Shown here in pieces: positions 1-8,570 of a stretch of DNA of 38,931 bases. The position numbers and the translations under genes are program-made. The DNA lies in the IMG/VR virus record IMGVR_UViG_3300006482_000009, positions 1 through 38,931 of that record. One strand, written 5' to 3'. Each line of letters opens with the position of its first letter. The first letter of the stretch is position 1. The notes under the pieces are model-generated. The model did no database searches and was not told where the DNA came from. It was given only the letters and a program-made list of their open reading frames with translations. The stretch is from a virus. Taxonomy: Duplodnaviria > Caudoviricetes.

Positions 1-7
1 TAACAAT

Positions 8-49
8 AGAATATGAGGTTAGTATGTTACTGTATTAACCTTATATTCT
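8..49 (+). promoter_or_regulatory. Long hairpin, copy 1 of an early-region structured element
   Basis: agaatatgaggttagtat pairs with gtattaaccttatattct using three G-U pairs; no U-tract; related to 1954..1989. Confidence 0.6.
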
Positions 50-89
50 CAAATAAGAATCAGTTAATAATAAAAATAGAGGTGATTAA

Positions 90-206
90 ATGTTAGAGGA
101 ATTACAAAGCATTTTAAGTGACCTATATTGCAGATATGGTTTAACTAGTGAAATTTTAAGGCTAAGTCAAACCTTAGACAAACTTATATATAAAGAAATG
201 AAATAG
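90..206 (+). CDS. Spo0E-like aspartyl-phosphate phosphatase family peptide (38 aa)
   Basis: Below ORF-track cutoff; RBS gaggtg; MLEELQSILSDLYCRYGLTSEILRLSQTLDKLIYKEMK has SQxLD in the GL..E....SQ.LD.LI context. Confidence 0.8.
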   Translation: MLEELQSILSDLYCRYGLTSEILRLSQTLDKLIYKEMK

Positions 207-216
207 GGGATGGAAT

Positions 217-399
217 ATGAAAGTAACAAAGGTTGATTGTGATTTTTTAAGAATATGCGATGAATGCGGTGACTTTGTAACTGTAGGATATGAAATTGAA
301 TTAACTTCTAAGCCGAATCCAGTTACGTTGTGCGAAGATTGTGCAATTGAATTAAGTAAGTACTTACTACAAGAAACTTATTTGAATGATTTCGAGTAA
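217..399 (+). CDS. Small Cys-rich hypothetical protein (probable Zn finger)
   Basis: CDEC and CEDC pairs; RBS agggga. Confidence 0.7.
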   Translation: MKVTKVDCDFLRICDECGDFVTVGYEIELTSKPNPVTLCEDCAIELSKYLLQETYLNDFE

Positions 400-417
400 T
401 TAGGAAGGAATGGAATT

Positions 418-681
418 ATGAAAAAAACAGAAGTTTATGAATGTGAATTTTGCAAAAAACTTTTTAGGACTCAAAATAGACATAATTGTAAGTTTAATCC
501 TAAACTTAAAAATTGTTTTACTTGTAAAAATTTTAAAAGTTGGTCAGAAACTGAATATGATTATCGTTTTGGATATGAAGCACCTTATCCAGATTGTAAA
601 GTCGGATGCGATAATTGGGATATAGATGAAATTAAGAATGTTAATTATAATATGCAGTGTGAAAAATGGGAGGAAAAATAG
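418..681 (+). CDS. Cys-rich hypothetical phage protein
   Basis: CEFC, CFTC and further Cys; RBS ggaagga. Confidence 0.7.
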   Translation: MKKTEVYECEFCKKLFRTQNRHNCKFNPKLKNCFTCKNFKSWSETEYDYRFGYEAPYPDCKVGCDNWDIDEIKNVNYNMQCEKWEEK

Positions 682-683
682 TA

Positions 684-1676
684 ATGATAATAAACAAATA
701 TATAGTTCATGTTTTAGATAGAAATAGTGATAATCCAATCTTAAATGATTACGAAGGTAAAAACAATTTAGAAATAGATAAGTTCTTTCAAAAGACAATC
801 AAGGGAATAATAAAAGATACAGATCTAAGAAAAGCAGTATTCAATAATTATGAGGAAAACATAGTAAGACAATGTAGTGAACAAATAATCTATGATGAAA
901 AAAGTTTCATACAAAATTCAAAAGAAATAGCAAGTTACTTATTTGAAGCAATGAAAAATAATGATGAAATAACATCTTGTGATTTAGCAATAGTAATGTA
1001 TACAAATAAAGACCAAAGAGGGGTTGCAATAGTCAAATTAGATTATAAAGGTTTAATACATCATAGCATTGATTTTATTGATGATAAGTTTAATGTGAGC
1101 ATAAATAAGAATGAATCGGCTTTAAGTAATTCTAAACCTAAACAAGCAGCAATTATAGAGTCACATGGACTTAATGATGAATATCAACTAAGAGTACTGG
1201 ACAAGCAGTATGAAAATATGGGTGTGGAATCTAAATTTATCAAGAAGTTCCTAGATGTAGAAAAAATAGTAGATGATAGTTATAAAACAAAAGAGTTTAT
1301 AAAAGTAACTAATAAAGTCCTTGAGGTATGCTGCGGAAATGAACCTAAAAAGTTAGAAGATATAAAATCTCTAATGAATTATATGCTAAAAGAAAATAGT
1401 GTATTTGATATGGATAGATTTACAAGAAATGCAGATGAAGATACAAGTAAATCATTAAAAGAAGATCTTGAAGAAAAAGAATTACATAAAGATTTCAATA
1501 TAGATAAAAAAGTAGTTGAAAAGGCACTTAAAAACAGAACTATTAAAACTGATTCTGGATTTAAATTAAGTGCAAATTTAGTAGACTTTGAAGATCCTAT
1601 GAAATATAGCTTAAGACAAAATGAAGATGGAACGTGCGATATAGTAATTAAAAATATTAGTTTTTATGAAGGATAA
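684..1676 (+). CDS. Nucleoid-associated protein, YejK/NdpA (NA37)-like
   Basis: N-terminus MIINKYIVHVLD, internal AIVKLDY motif, ~330 aa; start placed at ATG 684 after gggagg. Confidence 0.75.
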   Translation: MIINKYIVHVLDRNSDNPILNDYEGKNNLEIDKFFQKTIKGIIKDTDLRKAVFNNYEENIVRQCSEQIIYDEKSFIQNSKEIASYLFEAMKNNDEITSCDLAIVMYTNKDQRGVAIVKLDYKGLIHHSIDFIDDKFNVSINKNESALSNSKPKQAAIIESHGLNDEYQLRVLDKQYENMGVESKFIKKFLDVEKIVDDSYKTKEFIKVTNKVLEVCCGNEPKKLEDIKSLMNYMLKENSVFDMDRFTRNADEDTSKSLKEDLEEKELHKDFNIDKKVVEKALKNRTIKTDSGFKLSANLVDFEDPMKYSLRQNEDGTCDIVIKNISFYEG

Positions 1677-1687
1677 GAGGTGGGAAA

Positions 1688-1945
1688 ATGGCAGTAGATG
1701 ATTATACAACAGTAGATAAGGTTGAAATAGATGAACTTATAGAATTGACAGTAAAAGGAGCATGTTTTATGCAATGTACTCCTATTGAACATTACACTAT
1801 TGAGGAGCTAAAAGAAATATCAGAAAAAGCTAAGAAAAATAATTTGGTTATGACTATTTCAGAAGAACATAGTAACTTTTATCAAGGTGTTTTAATATGT
1901 TTGATCCAGAGAAATGATGTAAAAGGATGTATTAAATATATCTAA
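1688..1945 (+). CDS. Hypothetical protein
   Basis: 85 aa ORF with RBS gaggtg. Confidence 0.7.
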   Translation: MAVDDYTTVDKVEIDELIELTVKGACFMQCTPIEHYTIEELKEISEKAKKNNLVMTISEEHSNFYQGVLICLIQRNDVKGCIKYI

Positions 1946-1953
1946 AAATAAGT

Positions 1954-1989
1954 GAATAGGGGTTAGTACTTGGATATTAACTCCTATTC
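1954..1989 (+). promoter_or_regulatory. Long hairpin, copy 2 of early-region structured element
   Basis: gaataggggttagta pairs with tattaactcctattc (two G-U); same frame as 8..49. Confidence 0.6.
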
Positions 1990-2009
1990 TAAAATAGGGA
2001 GATGATGCA

Positions 2010-2402
2010 ATGCTGTTCAATAGAGCCTATATAAATGAGTTAAAAGCAGAGAATGAAAGACTTAAAAGAAAAAAAGAAGAATATGAAGACGAAATGATAA
2101 GGTCTATGAGTTCAAAAGATTCTTATAAAAAGGCAAATATAAAATTGATAAATGACATTGGAAATTTAAAAAAAGACATAGAAAGTAAAGAAAATAGTGT
2201 ATGCAACTTACTAGAAGCAAATAAGGAACTTAGTTTATCTAATAATTACTTAGAAAATAAGATGAAACTGTTAGAACAAGTTATAAAACAACATGAAGAG
2301 AATGAATGCAGGTTAAACCAGCAAGTTGTTAAATACAAAGGAATGCTTGATAAGATAGATAATTGCACAAGAATGTTAGAAGGGAGAGAAATAAATGAAT
2401 AA
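2010..2402 (+). CDS. Coiled-coil hypothetical protein
   Basis: E/K/L heptad-like composition; RBS agggag. Confidence 0.75.
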   Translation: MLFNRAYINELKAENERLKRKKEEYEDEMIRSMSSKDSYKKANIKLINDIGNLKKDIESKENSVCNLLEANKELSLSNNYLENKMKLLEQVIKQHEENECRLNQQVVKYKGMLDKIDNCTRMLEGREINE

Positions 2403-2934
2403 ATCAGACTTAAAAGATGGCATGATAGTAACTATTAGAGGTGGTAATCAATGTATATTGATTGAGGGGAATTTATTTAAGAATAATTTTACATTAGATT
2501 CAACAACATTTGATTACAACGAAGACTTAACTAGCAAGAAAAATAAAAATTATGACATAGTAAAAGTGTTTGATATGGGGAAGGCAAAAGAATTATGGAA
2601 ACGTGAAGAAGTAGATTGGAGCAAAGTACCAGTTGGAACTAAAGTATTAGTTAGTGCAAATGAAGAAGATTGGTTTACATCTTATTTTATTAAGAAATTA
2701 TCACCTATTGAAGATACAAGTTTTTATGTTATAAATTCAGAAGGAAAATTATCTGATTGGGATTATTGCAAATTAGCAGAAGAACCAAAAGAAGAAGTTA
2801 CTTTTGATGATATTGATAAAAAATTGGATTTTTATTGTATAAATCATAATAAAAGTTGCAACCAAGCATGTGGCCCTTGTGTAACTAAAAATATATTAGA
2901 AAATTACAATGTAACAAGAAAGGATAATATATAA
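2395..2934 (+). CDS. Hypothetical phage protein
   Basis: Overlaps upstream stop; contains the VDWSKVPVGTKVLVS segment seen in Firmicutes phage early proteins. Confidence 0.75.
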   Translation: MNKSDLKDGMIVTIRGGNQCILIEGNLFKNNFTLDSTTFDYNEDLTSKKNKNYDIVKVFDMGKAKELWKREEVDWSKVPVGTKVLVSANEEDWFTSYFIKKLSPIEDTSFYVINSEGKLSDWDYCKLAEEPKEEVTFDDIDKKLDFYCINHNKSCNQACGPCVTKNILENYNVTRKDNI

Positions 2935-2935
2935 A

Positions 2936-3211
2936 ATGGAATATACAGATTATAGACAAGCAGTAGAGTACAATAAGGACTTATGCAGTACAATAGCCAT
3001 GGAAGAGAATGCAGAACTTATACAAGCTATTTCAAAGGCTAAGAGAGGTAAACTAGATAAAGATAATCTAGCAGAAGAAATAGCAGATGTATTGATTTGT
3101 ATAGATTGGATTCAAGAAATATACGGAATAAGTCCGGCAGAAGTATATAGCTGGACGGATAGAAAAAAAGAAAGAATAGTTACAAGATTAAATACTGGTG
3201 TGTTTAAGTAG
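2936..3211 (+). CDS. MazG-like nucleotide pyrophosphohydrolase
   Basis: EENAELIQAISK and NLAEEIADV acidic motifs of the all-alpha NTP-PPase superfamily. Confidence 0.8.
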   Translation: MEYTDYRQAVEYNKDLCSTIAMEENAELIQAISKAKRGKLDKDNLAEEIADVLICIDWIQEIYGISPAEVYSWTDRKKERIVTRLNTGVFK

Positions 3212-3220
3212 GAGGAAATA

Positions 3221-3460
3221 ATGGATTTAAAAGATTTAAAATTATTGATGGAATTATATGATGGCGACGTAAAAAGAATGGAAATGGACAAGGAAAAAGT
3301 GAAAGGATTCCCGGAACTGGAATACGCCATGTTTGACCCTAGAGAGGAATTGCGTAAACTTGCAGAAGCAGGAGAAGATAAAGAACAAAATCCACTATCA
3401 GCATACTCAACAACAGAGTTAAAGAAAGAGTTGAGAAGAAGAAAAGGTAAGTTGAAATAG
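3221..3460 (+). CDS. Hypothetical protein
   Basis: RBS aggagg; 79 aa, basic C-terminus. Confidence 0.75.
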   Translation: MDLKDLKLLMELYDGDVKRMEMDKEKVKGFPELEYAMFDPREELRKLAEAGEDKEQNPLSAYSTTELKKELRRRKGKLK

Positions 3461-3470
3461 GAGGGAATAT

Positions 3471-3650
3471 ATGAGGAAAGGATATGAAGTATTTTACAGA
3501 GTTTGTAAAAAAGTATTTTTAACAGAAAGACAATATAAAGATATAGATAAATTAGAACTAAGAAAAGAAATAGCAAAACATGAAGGAGTAGAAGAGAAAA
3601 ATATAAGATTTGTATTAGATGATGATAAAAATTTATTCAGAAAAATTTAG
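3471..3650 (+). CDS. Hypothetical protein (59 aa)
   Basis: Below ORF-track cutoff; RBS aggaggg; MRKGYEVFYRVCKK...NLFRKI fills the gap between neighbours. Confidence 0.7.
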   Translation: MRKGYEVFYRVCKKVFLTERQYKDIDKLELRKEIAKHEGVEEKNIRFVLDDDKNLFRKI

Positions 3651-3671
3651 TTAGGACTGGAGGGAATATAC

Positions 3672-4082
3672 ATGACTAAAGAGGAATTAAAAGAGTACCT
3701 AGAAACTAAAAGAGAAATAAAAATAATTGAAGAAAAGATAGAATTTCTTAAAGAAAAGAAAACTAGCATTAAATCAATGATAATAGATGATATGCCTAAA
3801 CAAGAACCGGAGCAGGATAGACTAGGAGAATTATTAGGAGAAATAGAAGAATTAATAGATATATATAATAAAAAGCAGGATAGGTTATTTAAACAGCAAA
3901 TGAAAATAGAAAAGTGTATAGATAAATTAGATAGTTCATTAGAGAGAACAATAATAAGATATGTATACTTTGAAGGAAAGAGATTTGAAGAAATAAGTTG
4001 CATAATACATTATAGTTATAGAACGGTAAGAAGAATACATAAAAGAGCAATAGATAAATTAGAATCTAAAGAGGCGTTTTAA
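3672..4082 (+). CDS. RinA/ArpU-type late transcriptional activator
   Basis: C-terminal sigma-region-4-like HTH (ERTIIRYVYFEGKRFEEISCIIHYSYRTVRRIHKRAI); position before the packaging module. Confidence 0.85.
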   Translation: MTKEELKEYLETKREIKIIEEKIEFLKEKKTSIKSMIIDDMPKQEPEQDRLGELLGEIEELIDIYNKKQDRLFKQQMKIEKCIDKLDSSLERTIIRYVYFEGKRFEEISCIIHYSYRTVRRIHKRAIDKLESKEAF

Positions 4083-4221
4083 AGGTGTAGGATATCTATA
4101 AATTATCATTAGTAAAAAAGTATAATAAATAAGATTTATTGTTCGGGATAACTTTACTGTGGAAGATATAATTATAAATACGGTATAATTTAGTAAACGC
4201 TTTAAAAAAGGAGTTGGAATA

Positions 4222-4773
4222 ATGTCATATAGTGAGATATCTGAAATTGCATCTGAATGGTGGGCTAAGAATATAATGAAACCTAAATTTGACAATGGAG
4301 ATGATTCACCAAATGGTGTATTTGCAAATATATTAATGCATTCGTTAGTACAAGATATAACAGAGGAACAAATAAATAAATTTAAATTCAGACTTAAAGC
4401 ATATATAGAAAATGAACTTAATGAAAAAACATATAATATTTGGATAGGAGTAGACTATCACCCGTGCAAAATATTATGTGACATAGCTAAAGAATGTAAT
4501 ATAAATGTTAATAATTTACCGATTAAAAGCGATATGGATTTAGATAGAACGCATATAACTGCAAGGCTTGGTTATGGCGGTGAAATGGAAATATTATATT
4601 CCACGAAAGAGTATTGGGAAAGGCAATTAAAAGGATTGAAAATTAATTTAGAAAATTATAAAAACAAAGAAAAATATGACTGGCTTAACGATAGTGAAAG
4701 AGAAGAAGGCATAATTAATACGCTGAAAGAAATTAAAGAATGCGAAAATAAAATAAACAGTTATAAAAATTAA
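4222..4773 (+). CDS. Hypothetical protein, probable inserted accessory gene
   Basis: 183 aa, RBS aaggag, TATAAT boxes in its own 140 bp leader; separates activator from late promoter. Confidence 0.8.
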   Translation: MSYSEISEIASEWWAKNIMKPKFDNGDDSPNGVFANILMHSLVQDITEEQINKFKFRLKAYIENELNEKTYNIWIGVDYHPCKILCDIAKECNINVNNLPIKSDMDLDRTHITARLGYGGEMEILYSTKEYWERQLKGLKINLENYKNKEKYDWLNDSEREEGIINTLKEIKECENKINSYKN

Positions 4774-4783
4774 TGAATGATTG

Positions 4784-4817
4784 TGGACACCAATGGACAG
4801 GCAAATGATGCTAATAT
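4784..4817 (+). promoter_or_regulatory. Putative late promoter with activator-binding direct repeat
   Basis: TGGACA at 4784 and 4794 (10 bp period), then extended -10-like TGcTAATAT. Confidence 0.6.
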
Positions 4818-4912
4818 TGTAGTATGGAAGATTAGATAAAGAAATGACTTGAATTCTCATACAAATTTAAGTTCTGTCGAGGGAAAGGTACGGTAAAGCC
4901 TTCCCTCAATAT

Positions 4913-5002
4913 GTTGGCATTGGATTATAAGTAATTAAATCATATCGAAGGCCAAGAATGATATTAAAAACTTACACTGTGGTTCGAATCCATGGGCTGA
5001 CT
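4913..5002 (+). ncRNA. tRNA-like element 1 (acceptor stem + T-arm, non-canonical middle)
   Basis: T-arm tgtgg-TTCGAAT-ccatg; gttggc pairs with gctgac; interior forms one irregular stem rather than D and anticodon arms. Confidence 0.55.
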
Positions 5003-5175
5003 AATACGTATTATGAATTTATCAAGTTTTTAGCATGATGAAGGCAACATCTCAAATGCCAAATGAATTAATCGTAGGGTAATGCGATTAAAATTTACTT
5101 AAAAATAGTAGTAGTAACAAATAGTTTAATTATTTCAATAAACACTATATATTGTATAGACCTAATGACTTTTAA

Positions 5176-5208
5176 AAAGCCTAGTTCTAACATCACTAGG
5201 CTTTATTT
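5176..5208 (+). terminator. Rho-independent terminator
   Basis: aaagcctagt/actaggcttt stem then attt. Confidence 0.7.
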
Positions 5209-5210
5209 GT

Positions 5211-5256
5211 GAAGGTGAGGGTATCTTTAATTGTTAGTTCGAATCTAACAACCTTC
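5211..5256 (+). ncRNA. tRNA-like element 2 (minihelix-like)
   Basis: gaaggt pairs with accttc; T-arm gttag-TTCGAAT-ctaac; only ~16 nt linker. Confidence 0.55.
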
Positions 5257-5291
5257 TTATATGTAATTCCTCATAATATTCCCCTAAATTT

Positions 5292-5326
5292 AAGGAGTGT
5301 CTCAATAGATGCTCCTTTTTTATTTT
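5292..5326 (+). terminator. Rho-independent terminator
   Basis: aaggagtgtct/agatgctcctt stem plus T-tract. Confidence 0.8.
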
Positions 5327-5345
5327 GTTTGAAAGGTGTGTTGAT

Positions 5346-5777
5346 ATGGCTAAGAAATGGTATGGAATAGAAAAATTAGTAGATAAAGAAATTAATATAC
5401 CTAATGATCTATGGCAATATGAAGAAGCTATGCGAGAAATACCTAACCATGACAAGACTGATGGTGCTAAGAGAGTGTATTCAAGAAAAGAATATATTGT
5501 ATTGGCAGTTAAGAAAGGATATATAGTTTACAATACTTTAAAACCTTTTGAAAAATCTCATACGCATCTTCGTTCATTCAATATGTCAAAGACTATTATA
5601 GAAAACTGTATCGTGAAGAAAACGCCTAAAACAAATAACTTATATTTATTAGAAAGTCATATAAGAATATCTACAGATAAAAAATATATAAAATTAGTAG
5701 AGGAATTGATTGAAGCTAAAAGAAATAAAGATAAATTGAAATATAGAAATAAAAATATAAATAGCAAGAAGAAATAA
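5346..5777 (+). CDS. Hypothetical phage protein
   Basis: Start placed at ATG 5346 after aaaggtg; basic protein. Confidence 0.75.
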   Translation: MAKKWYGIEKLVDKEINIPNDLWQYEEAMREIPNHDKTDGAKRVYSRKEYIVLAVKKGYIVYNTLKPFEKSHTHLRSFNMSKTIIENCIVKKTPKTNNLYLLESHIRISTDKKYIKLVEELIEAKRNKDKLKYRNKNINSKKK

Positions 5778-5816
5778 GCATACAATTAATATATAATCAT
5801 AGTAAGGGGTGATTGT

Positions 5817-6293
5817 ATGAAGGAAATAAAAAATAAAGCTTATATTGAGTGTCCGAAGTGTGGGCAACAAGCACTTATAACAACTACATCAAGTTGGTTG
5901 ATAGGGTTAGGAGTAATAACATTATTAGCAGGAGGGTGTTTGATATGGATACCTGTTCTAGGATGGGTATGCGCACCAGTTGCATTTATACTAGGGTTTG
6001 CATTTATAGTATTCGGAATCATTAGTGCAATTATAGGTGGTGCTAAAATAGAATGTGAACACTGCAAAAGTAAATATAAATTAACTAAATCAGAGTATAA
6101 AGATTTTATGAGAAATGGAGAACCTTCATTCGTAGAACAAGCTAAAGAAAGCTGGAATGAAAGTAAAAATTCAAATGCTCATATATTTATAAATAAAATA
6201 GAAAAATTAGAAAATAAGATAGAAAATACAACAGATGAAAAGAAAATAGCTAAAATGCAAAAAGAAATAAAAAGATTAGAAAAACATATTTAG
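5817..6293 (+). CDS. Membrane protein with LITAF-like topology (CxxC, hydrophobic hairpin, CxxC)
   Basis: CPKC, two hydrophobic helices, CEHC, charged tail; own terminator. Confidence 0.75.
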   Translation: MKEIKNKAYIECPKCGQQALITTTSSWLIGLGVITLLAGGCLIWIPVLGWVCAPVAFILGFAFIVFGIISAIIGGAKIECEHCKSKYKLTKSEYKDFMRNGEPSFVEQAKESWNESKNSNAHIFINKIEKLENKIENTTDEKKIAKMQKEIKRLEKHI

Positions 6294-6318
6294 GACTCTA
6301 TAATAGGGTTCTTTTTTT
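6293..6318 (+). terminator. Rho-independent terminator
   Basis: ggactcta/tagggttc then T7. Confidence 0.7.
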
Positions 6319-6350
6319 ATTCTTAAATATAAAGATAATGAGGTGGTGAT

Positions 6351-7196
6351 ATGGAAGATGTAAAAATTAATGCCAAAGAAGAATATCTAAAAGGAACTAA
6401 GCAAAAAGATATATGTACTAAATATAATATATCCATAAACACCTTAAAATCATGGATAAAGAGGTATAAATGGAGTGAAGAAAAAAGAAATAAGGGTGCA
6501 CCTATAAATAAAAGAGGTGCACCCTTTAATATAGATAAAAAGAATGCAGAAAAACAGGCTGTAAATGATGAAGTTGAGTCGGTACTAGAAAATGATAAAC
6601 TTACTGAAAAACAAAAGTTATTTTGCATTTATTATATAAGGTGTTTTAATGCTACAAAAGCTTATCAGAAGGCATACAAATGTAGTTATAATACAGCTAA
6701 TGTTGAGGGATACAAAACCCTAGTAAAACCTAGTATAAAAGCTGAGATAAGCGAATTAAAGAAAAATAAGTTTAACAGAGCAATGTTAAGTGAAGATGAT
6801 ATATTTCAAAAATATATTGATATAGCCTTCGCTGATATTACTGACTACTTGGGATTTGGAAATAAAGAGGTTAAAGGAGAAAATGGACCTTATTTTGTAA
6901 GTTATATAACTCTAGAAGATAGCGATAATATAGATGGAACATTAATTAATGAAATAAGCCAAGGCAAAGATGGAATTAAACTTAAACTTCAAGATAAAAT
7001 GAAAGCCTTACAATGGTTAGCAGAGAGAATGGATTTATTACCTACTCATACTCAAGCTAAACTTGATTTAGAAATTATGAAATTAGAAGTTGAAATGAAT
7101 AAGCTAGACAATACTCAAGAAGAAGTTGAAGAAGATGGATTTATAGAAGCTTTAGATGATACAACAAAAGAGGTATGGGATGATGAAGAAGATTGA
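6351..7196 (+). CDS. terS: Terminase small subunit
   Basis: N-terminal HTH (INTLKSWIKRYKW), LTEKQKLFCIYY..FNATKAY, KLQDKMKAL; precedes TerL. Confidence 0.92.
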   Translation: MEDVKINAKEEYLKGTKQKDICTKYNISINTLKSWIKRYKWSEEKRNKGAPINKRGAPFNIDKKNAEKQAVNDEVESVLENDKLTEKQKLFCIYYIRCFNATKAYQKAYKCSYNTANVEGYKTLVKPSIKAEISELKKNKFNRAMLSEDDIFQKYIDIAFADITDYLGFGNKEVKGENGPYFVSYITLEDSDNIDGTLINEISQGKDGIKLKLQDKMKALQWLAERMDLLPTHTQAKLDLEIMKLEVEMNKLDNTQEEVEEDGFIEALDDTTKEVWDDEED

Positions 7197-8559
7197 CGAT
7201 CTAAAAAAGAAATGGTCCAAGATAAAAAATAATAAAACTCATACAGTTAAGAAGGCTACTATAAAATTTAAACCATTCTCTAAAAAACAAAAGCAAGTAT
7301 TGACTTGGTGGAATGATAATAGTCCAGTAAAATATAAAGATGGAATTATAGCAGATGGAGCTATAAGAAGTGGTAAAACTATATCAATGTCCTTATCTTA
7401 CGTTATATGGGCAATGTCTAAGTTTAATGGCCAGAACTTTGGTATGGCAGGTAAAACAATAGGTTCATTTAGACGTAATGTTTTATTCTGGCTTAAGTTA
7501 ATGTTAAAAGCAAGGAATTACCAAATACAAGATAAAAGAGCAGATAATTTATTAGTAGTTAGTAAAGGGAATATTACTAACTATTTTTATATATTTGGTG
7601 GTAAAGATGAAAGATCACAGGACTTAATCCAAGGTATAACTTTAGCAGGAATGTTCTTTGATGAAGTCGCATTGATGCCAGAAAGTTTCGTTAATCAAGC
7701 TACTGGCCGTTGTTCAGTTGAAGGCAGCAAGTGGTGGTTTAACTGTAACCCTGGAGCACCTTTTCATTGGTTTAAAAAGAACTGGATAGATAAGGCAAAA
7801 GAAAAAAACTTACTATATCTGCATTTTACAATGGATGATAATCTATCCTTATCTGAGAAGATTAAAAATAGATATAAGAGCATGTATGCAGGTGTATTCT
7901 ATTTAAGATATATACTTGGGCAATGGGCAGTAGCAGATGGAGCAGTATATCCAATGTTTAATCCAGAAGTTCATGCAGTTGAATTAAAGAGAAATTGGAC
8001 AAGAATATTTATAGCAGGTGACTTCGGTATTCAAAATGCTACCACTTTTGGTATATTTGGTTATTATGCACCAGAGAAAAGATATCATCAAATAGCTTCA
8101 TACTACCATAATGGTAGAGAAGAAGGACAAAAGACAGTAAAAGAATATGTAGCAGATTTGAAAAACTTTATTCGAGAGAATATGGTAATGCCAGAATACG
8201 TTACTATTGACCCTAGTGCAGCTGCTTTAAAGATTGAATTAATAAAAGACCCATGGTTCAGCAGGCATAATATAAGAATAATACCAGCAAAAAATAATGT
8301 TGAAATAGGGATACAGTTAGTATCTTATTTGCTTAATATAAATAAGTTAACACTAGATCCGTGTTGTACTTATGATATAGAAGAGTTTAGTTCATATGTG
8401 TGGGATAGCGATAAGTTAGATAAAGGAAAAGAAGAAGTTGTAAAACTTAATGACCATGCTATGGATAAAATTAGGTATGCAATTATGACAGATTCAAAAA
8501 TACATAGAACTTTAGATAGAGCCTTGAAATTATTTAGTGGCAAGGGTACAAGAGAATAG
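7180..8559 (+). CDS. terL: Terminase large subunit (PBSX/SPP1-like)
   Basis: Walker A DGAIRSGKT, Walker B FFDE, CNP motif, nuclease acidic residues (GDFG, DPSA, DHAMD). Confidence 0.96.
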   Translation: MMKKIDDLKKKWSKIKNNKTHTVKKATIKFKPFSKKQKQVLTWWNDNSPVKYKDGIIADGAIRSGKTISMSLSYVIWAMSKFNGQNFGMAGKTIGSFRRNVLFWLKLMLKARNYQIQDKRADNLLVVSKGNITNYFYIFGGKDERSQDLIQGITLAGMFFDEVALMPESFVNQATGRCSVEGSKWWFNCNPGAPFHWFKKNWIDKAKEKNLLYLHFTMDDNLSLSEKIKNRYKSMYAGVFYLRYILGQWAVADGAVYPMFNPEVHAVELKRNWTRIFIAGDFGIQNATTFGIFGYYAPEKRYHQIASYYHNGREEGQKTVKEYVADLKNFIRENMVMPEYVTIDPSAAALKIELIKDPWFSRHNIRIIPAKNNVEIGIQLVSYLLNINKLTLDPCCTYDIEEFSSYVWDSDKLDKGKEEVVKLNDHAMDKIRYAIMTDSKIHRTLDRALKLFSGKGTRE

Positions 8560-8570
8560 GAGGTGAGAGA

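Noticed and set aside
5030..5095. Riboswitch in the late leader
   Set aside because: Small hairpins are present but no c-di-GMP or other riboswitch consensus was recognisable.
4913..5256. Canonical tRNA genes
   Set aside because: No D-arm, anticodon arm or encoded CCA can be drawn; reported only as tRNA-like.
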